Made by a program: the position numbers and the translations under genes
NCBI GenBank assembly: GCA_963771275.1
Contig: CAVYSW010000010.1
Span: forward strand, 96,001 to 160,000
Length of the DNA stretch: 64,000 nt
Direction: 5' to 3'
Source of the DNA: an uncultured Gemmatimonadales bacterium
Lineage (GTDB): Bacteria; Gemmatimonadota; Gemmatimonadetes; Gemmatimonadales; GWC2-71-9
Part shown: in pieces, positions 59,301 to 64,000 of the stretch
How the letters are laid out: each line of letters begins with the position of its first letter
How positions within the stretch are numbered: the first letter of the stretch is position 1
The notes under the pieces: model-generated
What the model saw: only the letters and a program-made list of their open reading frames with translations
Database searches by the model: none
Told to the model about the DNA's origin: nothing

Positions 59301-59900
59301 AAGTTCACGGCCGTTACCGCCGGCGGGTCGCATACCTGCGCGCTGCGCGCGGACGGCGCCGCGGTCTGCTGGGGCAGCAACTGGAGCGGGCAGATCGGCA
59401 GCGGCATGATCCAGTCATTGCCGTCGCCGACGGGCGTGGGAGGCGGCGTGAAGTTCCGCGAGCTGGTGGCGGGTGGCGACCACACCTGTGGTATCTCGAC
59501 TGCCGGCAAGCTGTTCTGCTGGGGCAAGAACTCGGCGGGCCAGGTAGGTGACGGTTCCAAGAGCCAGCGCAGCGCCCCCCAGGAGGTGCAATCCAAGGAG
59601 AGCTTCACGCTGGTGGTCGCCGGCAAGGAGCACACCTGCGCGCTGGCGTCCGGCGGCCGGGCATTCTGCTGGGGACGCGGCCGGGAAGGCGAGATCGGCG
59701 ACGGCACCACCCAGGATCGCACGACGCCGACGGCGGTTCGCGGCAACGAAGCCTTCGCGTCGCTCGCTGCCGGCGACCAGCACACGTGCGGGGTTACGAA
59801 GGCGGGCGCGGTGCTGTGCTGGGGAGCGAACGCGGGCGGACAGCTCGGGTCGGGTGGCAACCAAGCGGCCGCGGCGCCCGCTCCGGTCAAGCTCCGCTGA
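56352..59900 (+). CDS. Membrane Ser/Thr kinase: zinc ribbon, kinase, Pro/Thr repeats, TM, three Ig-like (Big_2) domains, 7-blade RCC1 propeller
   Basis: CTRC..CANC; GHGGMA, VAIK, HRDIKPSN, DFG and GTPPYMSPE; three [WF]RS....V...G.V repeats; seven HTC...CWG repeats. Confidence 0.93.
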   Translation: MSVSITCTRCGQPMSASDRFCANCGTGNPMVGRQADSSGSGSVWDAVQQSLRVATRGEFDIAGELGHGGMAAVYLAHDIGLDKKVAIKVMAPALMADPSMIGRFQDEARTVAKLEHPNIVTVHAARQAGGLYFFVMKYVVGRDLDSILEHGPLPLAVVQAVIYQVATALQYAHGRNVIHRDIKPSNVMVDLEGNAVVMDFGIAKLRGARGHTMVGAAIGTPPYMSPEQCLGKEVSPASDQYSLGMVTYHLLTGRPPFSGEPIPVMRQQIEVDPPPIEHLAEGPCPPKVRDGVRRMLAKAPEDRWGSVVEAARALGGHPVAVDDPLRDEIARLSQSGGFIPPTQIFTTPLSPSPQVGWTPGPVAPTVPITPTPSAPVTPPASVPFAAPPSAPVTPPSAAPLTPPTVPYTAPPVIQPSAPLTPPPSGPLTPAPVPPFTPPPMAPATVPYTPSMAGPVSTPPSGIGELPPMAPPVVPATALVPPDALQPAGLAAAPATAPMPAAAPSRPRTGPVAAAALRPQPKPPWLLIGGAAVAVAAVAVVVMLALRQPATSDVTLAVAPPELNLGAGQEGTLSIDGVPGGTPVAWRSSDDAVATVDADGRVRAVREGRALIIASAADRADTAVVTVAPGAVAEPPRTARLEVRPADTQVQVGDAVTLRVEAFDQGNRSMTAPQVRWRSSNERAVAVTQAGTVTGRAVGSATVTAAAGGVEASAIIRVLAVARPADTTGPPPPPRRVAVVAVTPPRIELDVGQTAAVIAEARDAQGRPFDRPIAFRSDNAGVANVSERGEVRAVAPGNAVIVAASDGIEGRAMVQVRAPAPPPPRDTAVAPAPARTVTFAGIAAGSAHTCAVASGDEAIWCWGGNDRGQIQPGSGQGARVLQPVALAGTAAELAAGAEHTCALADGQVTCWGRNTEGQLGTSDLKATRYTVPGLRFEEISAGPAHTCGLTTAGQVYCWGKNDMGQLGDGSSSRRAKPTPIAASAKFTAVTAGGSHTCALRADGAAVCWGSNWSGQIGSGMIQSLPSPTGVGGGVKFRELVAGGDHTCGISTAGKLFCWGKNSAGQVGDGSKSQRSAPQEVQSKESFTLVVAGKEHTCALASGGRAFCWGRGREGEIGDGTTQDRTTPTAVRGNEAFASLAAGDQHTCGVTKAGAVLCWGANAGGQLGSGGNQAAAAPAPVKLR

Positions 59901-59905
59901 CGCTC

Positions 59906-59930
59906 GCGAGTCCCGGATGCCGGGACTCGC
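59906..59930. terminator. Hairpin between convergent genes
   Basis: Perfect 11-bp inverted repeat GCGAGTCCCGG atg CCGGGACTCGC. Confidence 0.65.
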
Positions 59931-59945
59931 ATGTCCACGACGGCC

Positions 59946-60761
59946 CTAGGTCCCGCTTGCCGAGAGCAGGACGCTGTACTCGCGCAGCGTGCCCCCACAC
60001 TGCAGGGCAAACGCGCCACTCAGGCTCAGGCCGCCGCCCAGCGCCTCACCCCGCAGGCTCAGCGCGCGGTAGACAGTGCAGCCCGCTGGCACCGGCGGAG
60101 CGCCGGTCACGCTCAGGTCGCCGTCAACCGTGAGGAATCCGGACAGCGACTGGGTCGGCTGCAGCACGCACGAACCCTGTGCTTCGAGCGTGTATGCGCC
60201 CGCGACTTCGCCATGGGCCAATGTGTCGAGCGAGACCGTCACGGGACACGAGATCTGCAGTCCGGGAACGATCGTGGTCCAAGTGCCGGTGTAGGTCCCC
60301 AGCACGTCGGGATACGGCGGCAGTGGGTCGCCCGCCGTGCTGCCGGAGAAGCCGAGCGTCCACACGTGGTCTTCCGGACAGCGGTACGTGTACCGTGCCG
60401 ACAGCGTGATGCTGCCGTCCCGCACGGTCCCCCGAAGTCCGGTGTTCGGCTCCTTCAGGGTGCACAGGTTGGGCTCGACGAGCTCCGCCAGCGCCTGGAC
60501 GGTCCGGTCGCCACGCACCACGCCCGAGCCCGATATCGCCACGCCGTTGCAGGCCAATCCGCCGGTGCCGTTCCGCCGGCGAATCTCGACGGCCGTGCGA
60601 AACACGCTGTCGGTCTGATCGCTGATGGTGAGCGCCGCGGGGCACGCCGCGACGGCGCCCTCCACGGCCAGGCTCCACGTGCCGAGGTACACGGCCTCGA
60701 TATCGGGGATCGGGCCGGGAGCCTGATCCCCGCAGGCCGCGAGGATCACGAACGCGCCCAC
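59946..60761 (-). CDS. Hypothetical Cys-rich lipoprotein with two similar beta-rich halves (start may extend to CTG 60842)
   Basis: ILAA-C lipobox; YLGTWSL...CP..LT[I]S and YTGTWTT...CP.TVS repeats. Confidence 0.65.
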   Translation of the reverse strand: MGAFVILAACGDQAPGPIPDIEAVYLGTWSLAVEGAVAACPAALTISDQTDSVFRTAVEIRRRNGTGGLACNGVAISGSGVVRGDRTVQALAELVEPNLCTLKEPNTGLRGTVRDGSITLSARYTYRCPEDHVWTLGFSGSTAGDPLPPYPDVLGTYTGTWTTIVPGLQISCPVTVSLDTLAHGEVAGAYTLEAQGSCVLQPTQSLSGFLTVDGDLSVTGAPPVPAGCTVYRALSLRGEALGGGLSLSGAFALQCGGTLREYSVLLSASGT

Positions 60762-60838
60762 CGGCGCTGCCGAGCGGAACAGGGCCAGGAAGCGCGGCGC
60801 GTTCTGCGCCGCGGCGCCGCGGGGTCGGGCGTCGCCGC

Positions 60839-62626
60839 TCAGCGTAGCTGCACCGTCCTGCTGACCGTTCCGCCCTTCAGCGCCGAGTAACGCACCGTGA
60901 TCGGTCCGGGGCCGCGCACCAGGTACTCGATGGTCCTGGTGGTCCGCCCGGGATGCCCGCTGCGGATCAGGATCCGCTTCAGGTCCTTCTGGTCGATGAT
61001 CTCCGTCGGCCCGGGGCGGAACCGATCGGCGACCCAGCCGGCCGCGATGATCTCGACGTCGCCGTCCACCATCAGCAGGTCAGGACGTACGGCGTTGTTG
61101 CGCCGTCCGCGCTCGGTGATCGTGGGAATCAGGTGCTCGTTGGTGATGTCCACGCGCACCCGGAACGTGTTCCCACCCATCCGCTCCGCGGTCGCCGCAC
61201 CCATCGCCATGCGCGGCATCTGGCTGGCGTGGTACAGCGTGAACGCCATGTTCCGGTGGAACAGCTCCATGCTCATGAACCGGGGGTTCACGCGGCCCGA
61301 GAGCTTCTTCCACCCGCCCAGCTCGACCGCGCCATACTGCGGGTGGTCGAACGGCTTCCATTCCACGAATGCGTCGCCCAGCTCCAGGAAGTCGTCGAAG
61401 AAATAGCGCGACTTCTGCCCCGAAATGGGCGAGGCCGGGTCCTGCTGCTGCTTCTGGAGCAGCGGGCTGCTGAAGTACTGGCCGGCGTTCCACAGCTCGT
61501 TCGAGAACGACACGATGCCCAGCCCGTCGTTGGTCCAGTCGATCGACCCGCCGTGCACCGTGTACAGCCCGCGCCAGATCACGAGGTAATCATAGTAGGG
61601 GAGGATCCGCTCGCCGTTCTCGCCGATTTCGTCGTACACCCGGATGTCCGACGGGGGATAATCACCATACCAGGCGGCGCCGGGCCCACGGAGGATCATG
61701 CCGCCGGAGTTATGGTACGACTGCATGCCGGCGATGTTCGGATGGGTCATCATGAAGTCGTTCAGCGCACGGGCTTCCGGCAGCTGGAACGGGTAGTCCA
61801 TCGACCCGCCCTGGATGTAGTTCGGCTGCCAGTCGGCGGCGTAGTTCCGGTTGGGATCGTAGCCGCCCACCGGATCCTCGTTGACCCTCCCGTCGCCGTC
61901 GTTGTCGATGCCCTCGCTGCCGAGCAGCACCCAGTCGCCCTTCTCCCCCGGCGGGACGCGCTCCAAGATGCGGGGATCGTCGTGGCTGATGCGGTAGTCT
62001 CCCTGGCCGGGGACGTACTTCCGGATCTGCTCGATCAGCCCGTTGCCGTTCAGGTCGTCCGGGCCGTCTTCGTCCGCCACGCCGTCGCCGTCATCGTCCA
62101 CGGGCAGGTGACCGCTGCGCGCCGCCGCGCCGGCCTCGGTGAGGAAATAGTCCCGCCCGTCCGGGTTCACCGTCGGCACGATGTGGAACACCCGCTCGTC
62201 CACCAGCTTCGTGACGTCGTCGATGCGGCCGTAGTTCTCCATCAGGTACCAGATCGTGTAGAGCGTGATCTCCGCGCCCTGGATCTCGTTGCCGTGCACG
62301 TTGGCCTCGATGTACATCGCGGCCTTGTCCATCTCGTTCCCCGTGCGCGGGTTGTTGATCGTCATCACCCACATGTCGCGGCCGTCGTAGCTCTTGCCGA
62401 CCGACTGCAATGTGAGGAACTGCGGCCAGGTCCGCTCCATGAGCTTGAGCCGCTCGCCGATCTCCTTGTGATCCAGCCAGCGGTCCCAGGTGAGCGGGAG
62501 CGTGTGCTCCGGATCTGAGCCGCGCTTCTCCTGCGCCGACAGCCCCGGGACCGCCAGGATCGAAGCCGCGACGAGCCAGAGCGCCGTGAGGCCTCGCGCC
62601 GTGTCGTTCATCGTCATGCGCGTCAT
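60839..62626 (-). CDS. Secreted M14-family zinc carboxypeptidase
   Basis: Signal peptide; GKSYDGR, NVHGNE, VNPDG, DPNRNY, PEARA and SYHN; DxDGDG loops. Confidence 0.9.
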   Translation of the reverse strand: MTRMTMNDTARGLTALWLVAASILAVPGLSAQEKRGSDPEHTLPLTWDRWLDHKEIGERLKLMERTWPQFLTLQSVGKSYDGRDMWVMTINNPRTGNEMDKAAMYIEANVHGNEIQGAEITLYTIWYLMENYGRIDDVTKLVDERVFHIVPTVNPDGRDYFLTEAGAAARSGHLPVDDDGDGVADEDGPDDLNGNGLIEQIRKYVPGQGDYRISHDDPRILERVPPGEKGDWVLLGSEGIDNDGDGRVNEDPVGGYDPNRNYAADWQPNYIQGGSMDYPFQLPEARALNDFMMTHPNIAGMQSYHNSGGMILRGPGAAWYGDYPPSDIRVYDEIGENGERILPYYDYLVIWRGLYTVHGGSIDWTNDGLGIVSFSNELWNAGQYFSSPLLQKQQQDPASPISGQKSRYFFDDFLELGDAFVEWKPFDHPQYGAVELGGWKKLSGRVNPRFMSMELFHRNMAFTLYHASQMPRMAMGAATAERMGGNTFRVRVDITNEHLIPTITERGRRNNAVRPDLLMVDGDVEIIAAGWVADRFRPGPTEIIDQKDLKRILIRSGHPGRTTRTIEYLVRGPGPITVRYSALKGGTVSRTVQLR

Positions 62627-62631
62627 GGCAT

Positions 62632-64000
62632 CTACCTCAGCGTCACGGTGGCGGTGGCGGTCCCACCCTTCTGGGACAGGACGCGGATCTCGACCGGCGT
62701 GCCGGGCTTCCCCTGGATCACCCAGCGGAGTTGCCGGCGGCCGCCGGAACCCTCCAGCTGCTGGAGCGTGCTGGTCTTCGCCGCGCCAGTCAGCACCGCC
62801 TCCGGCGGCACCTGGATCTGCACGGTGGTCGGCTCCACGGCTTGGGCGACGATGCCATGCTGCAGGGCCGTCGGGAAGTAGCCGGTGTTCTCCACGTCGG
62901 CCACGACGCTGAACACGCCGCCGCCGTGGTTCGTTACCGCGGTCTTGGCGATTCGCACGCGCGCCAGCATCGAGGCCAGCCGTACCGCGAACGCGCCGTG
63001 CGCCCGGCCTAACGCCGGCAGCTCAGCCGCCGGCGGGTTTGCGACGACGTAGGGGCGGAACCCGCCGATCTCCACCGGACCGAGGTCGGGATCGGTGAAC
63101 GGCGTCCACTGCACGAACGCGTCGATGCCCGCGCTGTCCAGGGCCGCGAGCATCGCGACGTCGGCCCCGGGCTGCGCGGGCCCCGTCCGTCCGCCGGCCG
63201 GTCCCTGCGCCGGTCGGCCGCCGGGTCGATTGGGTGCGCCCGGTGCCGCGCGCGCCCGATCGGCCGGCCGGACATCACCTTCTCCGCCGGGCGTCTTCTG
63301 CGGCAATCCCCAGCCCTGCGTGCTGAACGACGGGACGCCGAACTGGTAGTAGCCGTATTGGAAGAACGCGCCCTCGGCGGTCCGGTTGATCCCCACCCTG
63401 GTGATTCCGGTGATATCCCGGTAGGCCTTCGAGACGGCCTCGAAGTACTTGAGATCCGCCGGATTCACCGTCGTGGCGGGTCGGCGGCCGGACTCGGGGT
63501 CGTTGTCGCGGCCGGGCTGCGCTCCGCGGAGCTGGGGAAGGCCCCCGCCGCGCCCTCCGAAGCCGCCGAACCCCCCGACGCCGCCACGCTGGCCGGCGCC
63601 GAACACTCCCTTGTCGAACACGTCCGCGTTGGACGCGAGCGCGAAGGCCGGCAGATCGAGCACGGTGGCCTCGGCGAGGTTGCCGCGGGCGTCAGGTGCC
63701 GTGACGAGGTTGTCGGAATGGCCGAACGTCAGGATCGCGCCGATGTTGCGGTGCGCGATGACGAAGTCCATCAGGGCGCGACTCTCGGGCTCGCTCACCA
63801 TGTAGGGCCCAGCGTCCCGCTCCCAGTAGGGATAGGCGTGCTGGAAGTTGCGGTCGAGGTCCACGCCGCCGGGGCCGTCCTCGTTGAGGTAGCCGTCGCC
63901 ATCCGAATCCCGCCCCTCGATGTAGAGCTTGTATGCGCCCGCCTCCCCCTGAGCGGGATCGGCCTTCTTCATGAGGCGCGGGTCCTCCGGATGGATCATG
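62632..64000 (-). CDS. Second M14-family peptidase-like protein (5' end outside window)
   Basis: EGRDSDGDG.LNEDGPGGVDLDRNF, SEPESRALMDF and W.PF..P..G.VEIGG; paralogous to the downstream gene. Confidence 0.8.
   Translation of the reverse strand, partial: MIHPEDPRLMKKADPAQGEAGAYKLYIEGRDSDGDGYLNEDGPGGVDLDRNFQHAYPYWERDAGPYMVSEPESRALMDFVIAHRNIGAILTFGHSDNLVTAPDARGNLAEATVLDLPAFALASNADVFDKGVFGAGQRGGVGGFGGFGGRGGGLPQLRGAQPGRDNDPESGRRPATTVNPADLKYFEAVSKAYRDITGITRVGINRTAEGAFFQYGYYQFGVPSFSTQGWGLPQKTPGGEGDVRPADRARAAPGAPNRPGGRPAQGPAGGRTGPAQPGADVAMLAALDSAGIDAFVQWTPFTDPDLGPVEIGGFRPYVVANPPAAELPALGRAHGAFAVRLASMLARVRIAKTAVTNHGGGVFSVVADVENTGYFPTALQHGIVAQAVEPTTVQIQVPPEAVLTGAAKTSTLQQLEGSGGRRQLRWVIQGKPGTPVEIRVLSQKGGTATATVTLR

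Noticed and set aside
17883..64000. Intact integrative element at tRNA-Met
   Set aside because: No integrase, transposase or full-length att repeat seen in the window.

Overview
High-GC bacterial chromosome segment. The gene repertoire suggests Gemmatimonadota, but that is inference only. 1-17.9 kb is housekeeping: valS (partial), thrS, thiolase, bioY, hbd, Leu/Val dehydrogenase, glyA, nnr, thiL, plsC, eno (two +1 frameshifts, probably sequencing errors), ftsB and tRNA-Met. 18-24.7 kb is an accessory block: lipoproteins, a PG-binding papain-like protease, an HEXXH metalloprotease, sodC and DUF2339. 28.4-54.2 kb is a type VI secretion system with tssM, L, two K, B, C, hcp, tagJ, A, E, F, G, clpV, vgrG and PAAR. 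It has no recognisable tssJ, carries an extra TssB-TssC fusion, and has a PrcB-like lipoprotein after tssM. The best candidate for a new system is the signalling set that flanks and interrupts the T6SS. It comprises an inner-membrane Ser/Thr kinase with Ig domains and a 7-blade RCC1 propeller, and an outer-membrane beta-barrel fused to a blade-for-blade paralogous propeller. It also includes an FHA-TM-trypsin protease and two tail-anchored proteins built from degenerate kinase N-lobes, one with repeated GEFTxxF motifs. The window ends with a pair of M14 peptidase genes. No database searches were run; family calls come from motif recognition by eye.
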